Origin: Candidatus Latescibacterota bacterium
GTDB taxonomy: Bacteria > Latescibacterota > UBA2968
DNA length: 64,000 nt
NCBI GenBank assembly: GCA_965207885.1
Contig: OZ242311.1
Span: 5,952,001 to 6,016,000 of the forward strand
Reading direction: 5' to 3'
In this document: positions 38,722-47,956 of the stretch, piece after piece
Layout: the number at the start of each line of letters is the position of its first letter
Position numbering within the stretch: the first letter of the stretch is position 1
Translations under genes and position numbers: made by a program
Notes under the pieces: generated by a model
Database searches by the model: none
The model's input: only the letters and a program-made list of their open reading frames with translations
Told to the model about the DNA's origin: nothing

Positions 38722-40473
38722 TTAAAAATAATAAATCAGATAAATTGCAAGAAAAATAATTGCGATGAGCACATTGCTTTGCGATAACCACGAGCGGCCA
38801 AACAATCCCCTATTACTGTGTTGCGCCCGAATACCCGCAATGAGTTTTCGAACCACCGCCTTTACATTCTGAAAAAAGGCATTGACGAGCGGTCCGCCTG
38901 TGCGGACAACGGCGCGAATACCTTTTGGTAAAGCGCGTCGATAAATCCAGTCTGAGTCGAGATTTACACCGGGCAATTCGGGAGGGTGCTTGCCTATTAA
39001 TATCAGTATCCCGACAATACCTCGCTTCCTCTGTGTTTCCAGAAATACGTCGATTTCACTCGTCAACATCAGTACCGCAAATGCCAGCACTGCGAAGAAG
39101 ACCAGTTGGAGTTGGAGCACGACGTGGGTCGTGGTATAGGGCACGTAATCTACGGGATGCGGCAACAGGTTGTAGAGCAGCGGTGGATAGGAGCCTATGA
39201 CAATACAGAGTATGGCAGAGATCGTCATGGCGATCCGCATGTTGAGGGGGGCTTCGGGACAGCGAATTCCAGAGTCGTGTGCAAAAAATGAAAAAAATGG
39301 AATTTTGACGCCTGCGTGGTGAAGCACGCCCGCCGATGCAAATAAGAGCACCAGCCAGATGGCCACAGCACCGCTGTCCGCGACGCCCTGCATGACCATG
39401 GATTTGCTGATAAACGCGTTGAACAGGGGTATTGCGGATATGGATGCGGCGCCTATAATACAGCAAGCACAGGTCCAGGGCATGGATTTATAAAGGCCAC
39501 CCAGTTCTGAGGCATTGATACGCCCGCTGGAAAATAAGACAGCGCCCATGGACATGAATAGCAGCCCTTTGAAAAGTACGTCATTGAATGCATGCGATAC
39601 TGCGCCGTTAATGCCCAGTGCGCCTCCGATGCCAATGCCCGCGACCATAAATCCGATCTGGTTGATCATGCTGTAGCTCAATACGCGGCGCATATCGTTT
39701 TCGATGGCTGCGTAGAATATCGGAAAGATGGTCATGATGGTGCCGATGTAGATGAGCAGGTCTTCACCGGGAAATCCGCGTGCGAGGGCATATACGGCGG
39801 TTTTGGTTGTAAAGGCACTCAAAAATACGGTACCCACGGGCGTGGATTCTGGATAGGCGTCGATCAGCCAGTTGTGGAGGAGGGGAAAGGCGCATTTGAT
39901 TCCAAAGGCGAAAAATATCAGGTAGTGATGTCCCTCATTTAGTCCGATGTGATCAAAGGCGAGGGATTTTGTGTTTAAATAGTAGAATACCGCGCCGAGC
40001 AGGAGTAGCAAGCCCGACGAGATGTGCATGACCAGATAGCGCATTCCCGACCGCAGTGCACACTCACCGCCGCGCGCCCACACGAGGAATACCGATGTGA
40101 TCGCCAGTAATTCCCAGAAGATGAACAGGGTGATCAGATCGCCGGCAAATACCGCCCCAATCGCCGATCCCGCGTAGATTAATCCCGTGCCGATTTGCAA
40201 CCGGTCTTTGAGATGTAGCGCGTAAATTGCGCCGATAAAGGCCGCCAGGTGGAACAGGTATCCAAATAGCATGCTCAAGCGGTCTGCACGCAGTATGGTC
40301 AGTTCGTAGCCGCCCCAGGTGATGTGCCACAGGGTGTCATCGGCAATGGTCAGCAGGTTTAAAAATCCGAGCACGGGCAAGCATACCGACGCGATGCGGC
40401 GCGGTGTGGTTGGCAGGCAAAATAAAAGCAGGCCACCCGCCAGCAGGATCAGTGCGGGATGAACCTCACTCAT
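38722..40473 (-). CDS. Mrp Na+/H+ antiporter subunit D/A-like (third copy)
   Basis: FIFWE, KCAFPLLHNWLIDAYP, RRVLSYSMINQIG, HAFNDVLFKGLLF. Confidence 0.88.
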   Translation of the reverse strand: MSEVHPALILLAGGLLLFCLPTTPRRIASVCLPVLGFLNLLTIADDTLWHITWGGYELTILRADRLSMLFGYLFHLAAFIGAIYALHLKDRLQIGTGLIYAGSAIGAVFAGDLITLFIFWELLAITSVFLVWARGGECALRSGMRYLVMHISSGLLLLLGAVFYYLNTKSLAFDHIGLNEGHHYLIFFAFGIKCAFPLLHNWLIDAYPESTPVGTVFLSAFTTKTAVYALARGFPGEDLLIYIGTIMTIFPIFYAAIENDMRRVLSYSMINQIGFMVAGIGIGGALGINGAVSHAFNDVLFKGLLFMSMGAVLFSSGRINASELGGLYKSMPWTCACCIIGAASISAIPLFNAFISKSMVMQGVADSGAVAIWLVLLFASAGVLHHAGVKIPFFSFFAHDSGIRCPEAPLNMRIAMTISAILCIVIGSYPPLLYNLLPHPVDYVPYTTTHVVLQLQLVFFAVLAFAVLMLTSEIDVFLETQRKRGIVGILILIGKHPPELPGVNLDSDWIYRRALPKGIRAVVRTGGPLVNAFFQNVKAVVRKLIAGIRAQHSNRGLFGRSWLSQSNVLIAIIFLAIYLIYYF

Positions 40474-40744
40474 CGTAATAGTCCTCCGACCGTAACAGCG
40501 TTTTTCTCAAGAGTATGGAGCCCCAGACGATTATCAAATAAGCGACAAATCCGTAAATGGCGTAGAATCCAAATCGGCCTTCAATTGGCAATTCGCCTTC
40601 GGCAAAAGTCAAGTGTCGATGCACGATGAGGTCGGTCAGGACCAACAACGTACACCACGCGAAGAAGCCCAAAATCAGCCAGCGCACGGATCCGAGATGG
40701 GCCACAAAGCGTTCATTCTGTTTTGGGGATTCGGGATGGTTCAT
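40466..40744 (-). CDS. Small two-TM protein in the Mrp operon
   Basis: FGFYAIYGFV..LR..EDYY; ATGA overlap with the upstream gene. Confidence 0.7.
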   Translation of the reverse strand: MNHPESPKQNERFVAHLGSVRWLILGFFAWCTLLVLTDLIVHRHLTFAEGELPIEGRFGFYAIYGFVAYLIIVWGSILLRKTLLRSEDYYDE

Positions 40745-42204
40745 GGCATGGCCCCTCCGATCATAAGCAACAGGTTCAGAACAGGTTCGGGATAGATATA
40801 GAGTACCAGGCAGCCGACGGCTGTAAATGATAAGGGGAGTACGCACGCAAGCGGTGCTTCGTGCAGGCCGTCGTGGTCATTGGTTGCGGACGCAAAAAAT
40901 GCATAAATGGGAATTGGCAACAAATAGAGGACGTTGAGTAGCGAACTGATGAGCAATACGCCCGCGGCCACATATTGATGGGCTTCAATAGAAGCCATAA
41001 CCAGATACCACTTGCTCCACGCACCCGCAAAAGGCGGAATTCCGATAATGCTCAGAGAGCCGATCAAAAAGGCGAACATCGTAAAGGGCATCTGCCGTCC
41101 AATGCCCTTCATGTCGCTGATTTCTGTTTTGTGCAAAGCTACCAGGATGGCTCCGGCACAGAAGAACAGGGTGATTTTGCCAAAGGCATGCGTTACGATG
41201 TGCATGCTACCGCCCAGCACACCCAGGTCATTTGCCAGCGACGCTCCCAGCACGATGTAGGATAACTGGCTGATTGTGGAATACGCCAGTCGTGCTTTCA
41301 AGTTGTCCTTTGTCATCGCTACCAACGATCCCACCAGTATGGTGAAGCCAGCGATATAGGTCAGCCATTCGCTAAGACCCGCATTCGAAAGCAGGTCTGT
41401 GCCAAAGAGGTAGATCACCACTTTCATTATTGTAAATACGCCGGCTTTTACCACGGCTACTGCATGTAGCAATGCGCTGACAGGCGTGGGTGCGACCATT
41501 GCCGCGGGCAACCATCGGTGGAATGGCATTAACGCCGCTTTTCCGGTTCCAAAGGCATAGAGACCGAGGAGGACGATTACAATACCTTCGCTCGCTTTTC
41601 CGGTTAGAATACCGCCCGGCGCAAATTCCAGCGTGCCGGTCAGTTGCCAGGTCCACACCATGCCTAGCAACAGAAAACCCACCGATGTGCTCATCAAAAT
41701 GCCCATGTAAATGCGTCCGGCGCGCATGGCTTCTTCACTGCGGTGGTGCGTTACAAGTGGATATGTCGATAGGGTCAAAATCTCGTAAAATATGAACAGA
41801 GTGAACATATTGCGGGCAAAAGCCACGCCCAGAGCAGCCGAGATCGCAAATGCGAAGAACACAAAAAACCGCGTCTGATTTTCTTCGTGATGCCCGCGCA
41901 TGTATCCGATAGCATAGATCGTGGTGACAATCCACAAACCCGATGCGATGAGGGCAAATATCATGCCCAATGGCTCTACCTGAAATGCCAGTGATAGGCC
42001 CGGCATTACGTCTATGACATGCGCGGCGGGTTGTGCGCCGTCCATTACCGAAGGCAGGAGTGAAATGACTGTGCCAAAGGTCAATACAGCCGCAACCAAT
42101 CCGATAGCTTCGCGCACATTGGGGCTGCGCGAGGTCAGTGCAATAAAGGGCATGCCCAGAAGCGGTAACGCAATGGATACGAGTATGGCGGTTGATCCAC
42201 TCAC
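40741..42204 (-). CDS. Mrp antiporter subunit D-family (second copy)
   Basis: KAALMPFHRWLPAAMVAPTPVSALLHAV, LAYSTISQL; GTGA overlap start. Confidence 0.9.
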   Translation of the reverse strand: MSGSTAILVSIALPLLGMPFIALTSRSPNVREAIGLVAAVLTFGTVISLLPSVMDGAQPAAHVIDVMPGLSLAFQVEPLGMIFALIASGLWIVTTIYAIGYMRGHHEENQTRFFVFFAFAISAALGVAFARNMFTLFIFYEILTLSTYPLVTHHRSEEAMRAGRIYMGILMSTSVGFLLLGMVWTWQLTGTLEFAPGGILTGKASEGIVIVLLGLYAFGTGKAALMPFHRWLPAAMVAPTPVSALLHAVAVVKAGVFTIMKVVIYLFGTDLLSNAGLSEWLTYIAGFTILVGSLVAMTKDNLKARLAYSTISQLSYIVLGASLANDLGVLGGSMHIVTHAFGKITLFFCAGAILVALHKTEISDMKGIGRQMPFTMFAFLIGSLSIIGIPPFAGAWSKWYLVMASIEAHQYVAAGVLLISSLLNVLYLLPIPIYAFFASATNDHDGLHEAPLACVLPLSFTAVGCLVLYIYPEPVLNLLLMIGGAMP

Positions 42205-43679
42205 GGCGTTACCCCTATCAATAATCCGGCGGCGCGTTGTGCCACGTTGACGGTTAAGTCCGTTTGAATACCAAAATACAATGTCGCTCCTGTCAAAATC
42301 CACATGGAGATCTGCATCATTAACGGCGCTTCCTTTATATTGGAATCATCATCGGCTTTCTGAAAATAGGCCACTTCAACGACGCGCCACACATATACTA
42401 CGGCGAGTAGAGAGCTGAGCAGGGCCAGCAGTGCTACGGGCCACCATCCGGCTTCCAGCGCGGCCAGGATCAAATACCATTTGCTGACAAAGCCCACTGT
42501 TAACGGCACGCCGATCAAGCTCAGACCCGCCAGTACAAAAGCCGCCATTGTTACGGGCATGCGTCGCCCCAGGCCTTTCCAATCGGTGAGGTCAGATGAG
42601 CCGAGGCGCAATACCGCGCAGCCTACGGCCAAAAATAGGGCGGCTTTCATCAGGGCGTGGTTAAACAGGTGAACAATCCCGCCGGTCAATCCGGTTATGG
42701 AAACAAAGCCGATGCCCAGCATCATGTACCCGATTTGCGCCACGCTGGAATAGGCCAATAATCGCTTTATATTGGTCTGGTAAATAGCGGATAGGGATGC
42801 CACGTAAATCCCGATGAGGGATAGGGGGATCAAAAAGATGTCGAGGTTGAGTTTTTCAAATACAAACTCGGCACCCCATACGGTAAATGTGAATCTCAGA
42901 AATACGTAGATGGATACTTTTGTCGCTGTTGCAGCCAGGAAAGCCGTGACTAAAGAGGGCGCGTAACAATAGGCATTGGGCAACCACATATGCATGGGGA
43001 ACATCGCCAGTTTGATCAACATGCCCACGGTTAAGAAGGCGAATGCGACCATTGCGGTGCGGGTTTCGAACATGGCGGGCAAGCGCTGGGATAGATCAAA
43101 CATATTCAGGGTGCCGGTCATCATGTACATCAGTCCGATGCCGATGACAATAAATGTGGCTCCCAATGTGCCCATGAGCAGATATTGATAGGATGCTGTC
43201 AATGCGCGCCGATCGCGTCCCATGGCGATGAGGGTATAGGACGATAGCGATGATATTTCCAAAAATACAAAGACGTTAAACGCATCGCCCGTGATTGTAA
43301 TGCCCATCAGTCCGGTGAGGCAGAGCAAATAAGCTGTGTAAAATAAATAATGCTGCTTACCGGCGACTTCATCTACCACGCTCGGCAGTGCAAAAAACGT
43401 CAGCACGGCGGCGATGGTCGAAACCAGCAGCAGCACATAAGCGTTGATCGTATCGACGCGGTATTCAATGCCCCAGGGGGCAATCCATCCGCCTATTGCA
43501 TACGAGATCACGCCTTCTTCGAGCACGCGGATGAGCAGCATAGATGCTATGCCCAGAGAGGCCAAACACACGAGAGATGCAAAAGCCCACACCAGCGTTT
43601 TTTGCCGCAATAACACACATAAGGGGGCCGATACAAGGGGTACAACGATCAACAATATGGGCAGATGCATATCAATCAT
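42201..43679 (-). CDS. mrpD: Mrp antiporter subunit D
   Basis: DAFNVFVFLEI, KLAMFPMHMWLPNAY, KRLLAYSSVAQIG. Confidence 0.92.
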   Translation of the reverse strand: MIDMHLPILLIVVPLVSAPLCVLLRQKTLVWAFASLVCLASLGIASMLLIRVLEEGVISYAIGGWIAPWGIEYRVDTINAYVLLLVSTIAAVLTFFALPSVVDEVAGKQHYLFYTAYLLCLTGLMGITITGDAFNVFVFLEISSLSSYTLIAMGRDRRALTASYQYLLMGTLGATFIVIGIGLMYMMTGTLNMFDLSQRLPAMFETRTAMVAFAFLTVGMLIKLAMFPMHMWLPNAYCYAPSLVTAFLAATATKVSIYVFLRFTFTVWGAEFVFEKLNLDIFLIPLSLIGIYVASLSAIYQTNIKRLLAYSSVAQIGYMMLGIGFVSITGLTGGIVHLFNHALMKAALFLAVGCAVLRLGSSDLTDWKGLGRRMPVTMAAFVLAGLSLIGVPLTVGFVSKWYLILAALEAGWWPVALLALLSSLLAVVYVWRVVEVAYFQKADDDSNIKEAPLMMQISMWILTGATLYFGIQTDLTVNVAQRAAGLLIGVTP

Positions 43680-44028
43680 TCACGCGGTCCTGTTCTATGA
43701 TTTCATCTTCCTCAATTGTATCATAAGCTTCTCCAATTCGCACGACGAGTGCCAAACCCAGGGAGAGCGTTGCGATGCCCACGACAATTGCCGTCAGGAT
43801 GAGTACATGGGGCAATGGGTTGGAATACACCTCAATACCTTCTTCCAAAATTGGCGCAGTACCACCGCTGACCTTTCCCACGGTGATATAGAGCAAGAAA
43901 ACCGAAACCTGAAAGATACTCAGACCAATCAATTTTTTGATGAGATTGGGACGCGCAATTGCTGTGTACAATCCAATCATCATCAAGACCATACAGGCCC
44001 AGTAGTTGAATAATCCAACGGAGATCAT
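43672..44028 (-). CDS. mrpC: Mrp antiporter subunit C
   Basis: NLIKKLIGL, NPLPHVLILTAIVVG. Confidence 0.93.
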   Translation of the reverse strand: MISVGLFNYWACMVLMMIGLYTAIARPNLIKKLIGLSIFQVSVFLLYITVGKVSGGTAPILEEGIEVYSNPLPHVLILTAIVVGIATLSLGLALVVRIGEAYDTIEEDEIIEQDRVND

Positions 44029-44450
44029 CGCAATCGCCTCCGGCCTGCAAAAGAAAAAAAGATGGCTATCATCACTGCGGCCACGGTAATACCCACGCCG
44101 AGTTCGACCAGAAAGATGCCCAGATGTTGTCCGTGCGATGCATGTTCCGGATCCAGAGCAGTGTAATTCAGGAAATTGTAACCGAGAAATAGGGAGACCA
44201 CTCCCGTGCCCGCATAGAGCAAGACGCCGAGTGAGACGAGCGTTTCAATGATGCGGGGTTTTACAATTCTTTTTGCGGCTTGCAGGCCAAAAATCAGCGT
44301 GTAGAGGACTACTGCTGCGGCAAAAATCACACCGGCTTGAAATCCTCCTCCGGGTCCGAAGTCGCCGTGAAATTGCACGTAGAGCGCGAATAACAGTATC
44401 GGAGGAATGAACCACTTGCCCACTACGCGGGGAATACTCTGATGTCTCAC
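44025..44450 (-). CDS. mrpB: Mrp antiporter subunit B
   Basis: HGDFGPGGGFQAG, ELGVGITV; GTG start. Confidence 0.92.
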   Translation of the reverse strand: MRHQSIPRVVGKWFIPPILLFALYVQFHGDFGPGGGFQAGVIFAAAVVLYTLIFGLQAAKRIVKPRIIETLVSLGVLLYAGTGVVSLFLGYNFLNYTALDPEHASHGQHLGIFLVELGVGITVAAVMIAIFFSFAGRRRLR

Positions 44451-44992
44451 TGCTTGTCCTCCTTGCGCCTGATATGTCCCAGGAGCAATATTACGCCGAT
44501 ACCGGCTGTAAAAATCACGGCTACTTCACCCAGTGTATCGTATCCCCGGTAGCTCGCCAATACCGATGTTACAATATTGGGGATTCCCATTTCTTTTCCC
44601 GATTTTTCAATATAGCGATCGGCAACGTGCTGGTGAACGGGCGCATTGGGGTCGCCGAACATCGGCATGTCCAGTGTGCCGTAAATAAGCGCGCTGCCCG
44701 TAATGAGCACGACGAGCAGTGCCAATGCGTTATTTTTTTTGATAATTTTTTCTTCGCGCGTGGTCAATGATAGGGTGCCCAGCAAGAGCACGGTTGATAC
44801 GCCTGCTCCGACAGCCGCTTCGGTAAATGCGACATCGACGGCGTCGAGCAATGTAAATACGATAGCCGCGAGGAAGCTGAATATGCCCAGCATCACTGCG
44901 GCCATAAACAAATTGTGCATTCGGGAAACCGCAATCGCGAGTACTATCATAAAAGACAGCAGGGCGATGTCCAGAATTTCAGTCATGCTCAT
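44447..44992 (-). CDS. DUF4040 / MrpA C-terminal-like stand-alone subunit
   Basis: AVDVAFTEAAVGAG, NIVTSVLASYRGYDTLGE. Confidence 0.88.
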   Translation of the reverse strand: MSMTEILDIALLSFMIVLAIAVSRMHNLFMAAVMLGIFSFLAAIVFTLLDAVDVAFTEAAVGAGVSTVLLLGTLSLTTREEKIIKKNNALALLVVLITGSALIYGTLDMPMFGDPNAPVHQHVADRYIEKSGKEMGIPNIVTSVLASYRGYDTLGEVAVIFTAGIGVILLLGHIRRKEDKQ

Positions 44993-45311
44993 TTTTCCCT
45001 TTGTTGTCGGGGTCGTCAACAAATGGCTTGAGGCCCGACGTCAATGCCGCTTTGCCCACTGCGTGGGTCGATGTGGGACTGGTGATAAGTAATATCACCA
45101 GAATCATCACCAGTTTTACTGTGACCGTTGTCAGGCCGCCCTGAAACATCAATCCTATGAGAACGAGGCCCGCCCCCAGTGTGTCGGTAATGCCACCGCC
45201 GTGCATGCGGCTGTAAAAATCGGGCAAGCGCAACAGCCCCAGGCCGCCTATCATACACAGAATACATCCCGGGATGAGGCAAATCCAGCTCAATATATCG
45301 AGAATCGTCAT
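44979..45311 (-). CDS. mrpG: Mrp antiporter subunit G
   Basis: GLLRLPDFYSRMH, DTLG, SPTSTHA. Confidence 0.92.
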   Translation of the reverse strand: MTILDILSWICLIPGCILCMIGGLGLLRLPDFYSRMHGGGITDTLGAGLVLIGLMFQGGLTTVTVKLVMILVILLITSPTSTHAVGKAALTSGLKPFVDDPDNKGKNEHD

Positions 45312-45364
45312 GGTTTTTGGGTCCTGTTTAGCGGTCAGCAAATCAGGTGCTGTATCTGAAAGCC

Positions 45365-45424
45365 GTCATTGCGGCATGGTCCCCGTATAAAGGCACTACG
45401 GGGCATGCTTGAGCCGCAATCCAG
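45365..45424 (+). repeat. REP-like palindrome, copy 5, with nested hairpin
   Basis: GTCATTGCGGCATG-[gtccccgta taaaggcac tacggggcatg]-cttgaGCCGCAATCCAG. Confidence 0.75.
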
Positions 45425-45438
45425 TGGTTTTTCCTTTT

Positions 45439-45708
45439 TTATTTTTCCGGATCGGCACCCAGATCATTATAGGTCACAAATTTTAGAACGGCCAATGTAC
45501 CGATAAAGTTGATCAATACATAAATAAGGGCGAGGTCCAGAAAATCGGGTCGGTCAGTTAAAAATCCGAGTACGGCAATGAATAATACGGTTTTGGTGCC
45601 AAACATATTTACCGATAGGATGCGATCGTACACAGTCGGCCCCAATAGGGCGCGGCAAAGTGCCAGTGCCATGGTGACCAATATGCCGATCATTGCCGCA
45701 ATAAACAT
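45439..45708 (-). CDS. mrpF: Mrp antiporter subunit F
   Basis: GPTVYDRIL, DLALIY..INFIGT. Confidence 0.92.
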   Translation of the reverse strand: MFIAAMIGILVTMALALCRALLGPTVYDRILSVNMFGTKTVLFIAVLGFLTDRPDFLDLALIYVLINFIGTLAVLKFVTYNDLGADPEK

Positions 45709-45709
45709 C

Positions 45710-46189
45710 TCATTGCTCCAGTGCCGTCGTCACGCGGCGGTCCATATCGCCGCTCTGTACATCGTCAGCGGCTTCTTTTGTCAGGGCATGTACCACAATA
45801 TCTTCTTCGTCCAGGTCGAGTGATACAGTGCCGGGGGTCAGGGTTATTGAATTGGCAAAAATGACGCGACATAGATTGGTTTTTTGCGTTCCCGTTACGC
45901 GCACTATGCGCGGGGCAATGGGCAATCTGGGATTCAAAATGCGTTTTGCCACGTCGATATTCGCTTTGATAATGGCCCAGGCCAGCCAGGGAATATACAC
46001 AACTATGTGTCGGGCCAGATTAATCTGGATCCCTTCTTCATCTACAATATCCAGACGTCCCGCCAGATAAACGACAAAAGCGCAGGACAATATACCCATG
46101 GTGAGGACGAGTGTGTGATAAAATGAGTAATGTCCGGACAAGAGTAGCCAGAGGGCAAATGACAAAACGAAAAAAAAGATGTATCGCAT
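45710..46189 (-). CDS. mrpE: Mrp antiporter subunit E
   Basis: WLLLSG, ANSITLTPGT, VHAL; start at MRYIF. Confidence 0.93.
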   Translation of the reverse strand: MRYIFFFVLSFALWLLLSGHYSFYHTLVLTMGILSCAFVVYLAGRLDIVDEEGIQINLARHIVVYIPWLAWAIIKANIDVAKRILNPRLPIAPRIVRVTGTQKTNLCRVIFANSITLTPGTVSLDLDEEDIVVHALTKEAADDVQSGDMDRRVTTALEQ

Positions 46190-46280
46190 ATAAACCTCGG
46201 ATGAAAAGCGGTGAGATGTAAGACGTAAGAGGAGAGTACACCGCCCAGCCCCACAGGTGGAACGCAATCGGGAAAGGCAC

Positions 46281-46308
46281 AAAAAACCCATTCGTTCGCT
46301 CGAATGGG
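46281..46308 (-). terminator. Terminator-like hairpin upstream of mrpE
   Basis: cccattcg-agcgaa-cgaatggg followed by U6 on the minus strand. Confidence 0.6.
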
Positions 46309-46422
46309 GGATGTGCAAACTATTCTATTTAATATTTTTTAACGCAAAAAATCAAGCGAAATATCGCGTTACGTCTTATTTTAAGATACTGCAATCCCAG
46401 ATTTAACAGAAAGGTACAGTCT

Positions 46423-46722
46423 GTGTCAACTATTTTGATCGCATATCTGTTTACAGCACTCGTTTTTGGATTTTTTCTCTATTATTTTGTTTGGCGAAAT
46501 CGCTATGTGACGCAGATTCGCCTATCTGTTTACAAAGTTGAAGGGCGGGTTGTGAGTATTGAGCGCGTGGTGAGGGATATTCAGGTGAATGAACATCAGG
46601 ATCTGCTGGCATTAAAACGCATTGAGTGGAAGGTTATTTACAAAGACCGGGATGACAATCTCTGCGAGACCCGTTGCCGCGTTGAAGGAGGACAACTCGA
46701 CTGGTATCCTCCATTGAGCTGA
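46423..46722 (+). CDS. Hypothetical single-pass membrane protein
   Basis: SD GAAAGG, GTG start, N-terminal TM helix. Confidence 0.6.
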   Translation: MSTILIAYLFTALVFGFFLYYFVWRNRYVTQIRLSVYKVEGRVVSIERVVRDIQVNEHQDLLALKRIEWKVIYKDRDDNLCETRCRVEGGQLDWYPPLS

Positions 46723-46725
46723 TTA

Positions 46726-46950
46726 TCACACCTTTTCCGCGATGGAGACGGTGTTCTGATCTTTTTCCGCTTTTTTGCGCCGTGGGCATGTAAAGCACGC
46801 GGAGTCTTCGTCCAAATCCTGTTCAGAGGTTTCCAGGACATCGCCACAACAACTCTGCTGCTTTTTTTTGTACTGCGCAAATGTCAACGCACCTGCCATA
46901 AACGCAAATGCTATGATGAGAAAGATCGTCGCTGTCAATATGGTTTCCAT
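46726..46950 (-). CDS. nqrM: NqrM-like Na+-NQR maturation protein
   Basis: One TM helix followed by SCCG...CFTC; same strand as and downstream of apbE/nqr. Confidence 0.6.
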   Translation of the reverse strand: METILTATIFLIIAFAFMAGALTFAQYKKKQQSCCGDVLETSEQDLDEDSACFTCPRRKKAEKDQNTVSIAEKV

Positions 46951-46976
46951 GTTGTTGTCCCTAATGGAAATTGCGC

Positions 46977-47005
46977 TTGAAAGCGGAAGGTGGGATGGCT
47001 ATACT
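46977..47005 (+). promoter_or_regulatory. Probable native promoter of the TA operon
   Basis: TTGAAA-N17-TATACT directly before the element insertion site. Confidence 0.65.
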
Positions 47006-47008
47006 TAT

Positions 47009-47300
47009 CTGATAGTCCGTAAAACCCACAGCCTTCAGGCGTGGGATAATAAGGGCATAAATTTGTAGCTTTAGCGTATAGACACATTGACATACCACCC
47101 TTGTGTGAGTATCATACCATCAGGTATGGCGTTCTACACGAAACATCCCCCCTGTGTAGGTAAAACCTGAAGGTCAGCCCTATTTGGCTGCTTTTACCCA
47201 GTGAACAAGCTACACAGAATTGCCCATGGGTCCAGGACGATGTACCCAGGCGGGGTCAATCGCCAAGAAGCCCAACACGTTCACGGTTGGGAGTCGTCAC
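47009..47300 (+). mobile_element. Non-autonomous IS200/IS605-family element (PATE/MITE) without tnpA/tnpB
   Basis: Left hairpin cccacagcc-ttca-ggcgtggg (47025-47045) preceded by AAAA and upstream TTAT; right hairpin cccaacacg-ttca-cggttggg (47271-47291) preceded by GAAG and ending TCAC. Confidence 0.8.
47087..47115 (+). promoter_or_regulatory. Element-internal sigma70 promoter
   Basis: TTGACA-N17-TATCAT. Confidence 0.7.
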
Positions 47301-47316
47301 GTGTGTTCTACGCTAA
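47122..47316 (+). ncRNA. Candidate omegaRNA (TnpB guide RNA) scaffold plus flanking guide
   Basis: Nested stems ctgtgtag/ctacacag, ggtaaaa/ttttacc, cagcc/ggctg, tgggt/accca, tggcg/cgcca, ending at the IS right end TCAC. Confidence 0.5.
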
Positions 47317-47338
47317 AAGCATTAGAAAGGAATGAAAA

Positions 47339-47569
47339 ATGAAATTTCAACGTATCACTATTTCTGCCGACCAAATGGGGGGATTGCCCTGTATAAGGGG
47401 TCTCCGTATCCCCGTTTCTGTCATTGTTGATCTCGTCGCTGCAAACACATCTGATGAGGAAATTTTGAGGCTCTATCCCGATCTTGAACCCGAAGACATA
47501 CGCGAAGCACTCGCCTATGCAGCGGTCGCAGTGCGTGAACGAGAACTTCCTCTTCAGATGACACCATGA
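47339..47569 (+). CDS. DUF433 antitoxin (VapB45-like)
   Basis: [36 protein letters not shown]. Confidence 0.92.
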   Translation: MKFQRITISADQMGGLPCIRGLRIPVSVIVDLVAANTSDEEILRLYPDLEPEDIREALAYAAVAVRERELPLQMTP

Positions 47570-47934
47570 GATTTCTGGTTGATAATGCGCTTTCGCCATT
47601 GCTGGCTCAAAGGCTCGTTGAAGAGGGATACGATACTGTACACATTCGCGAATATAACATGCAATCTGCATCCGATGAAGATATTTTTCGACTTGCTCAA
47701 AGAGAGGATAGGATCATCATTTCGGCTGACACTGACTTTGGCACATTACTCGCATTGAGAACTGCTATCAAACCATCTGTAATCCTTTTTCGAAGAGGTA
47801 CAGAGAGGCATCCAGAGCAACAATTTAAACTTTTACAGGCCAATCTACCGACTATTTCCAATGATCTTCAAGATGGTAGCATTGTTGTTTTTACTCAAAA
47901 TAGCATACGGATCAGGCCTCTTCCCATTGTATAA
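47566..47934 (+). CDS. DUF5615 PIN-like toxin (VapC45-like)
   Basis: [26 protein letters not shown]; ATGA overlap with the antitoxin. Confidence 0.9.
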   Translation: MRFLVDNALSPLLAQRLVEEGYDTVHIREYNMQSASDEDIFRLAQREDRIIISADTDFGTLLALRTAIKPSVILFRRGTERHPEQQFKLLQANLPTISNDLQDGSIVVFTQNSIRIRPLPIV

Positions 47935-47956
47935 AAAACAAACGTCTTCTCTCCTC

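Noticed and set aside
47297-47671. Possible transposase remnant ORF next to the IS ends
   Set aside because: Antisense to the TA genes, outside the element, with no HUH or RuvC motifs
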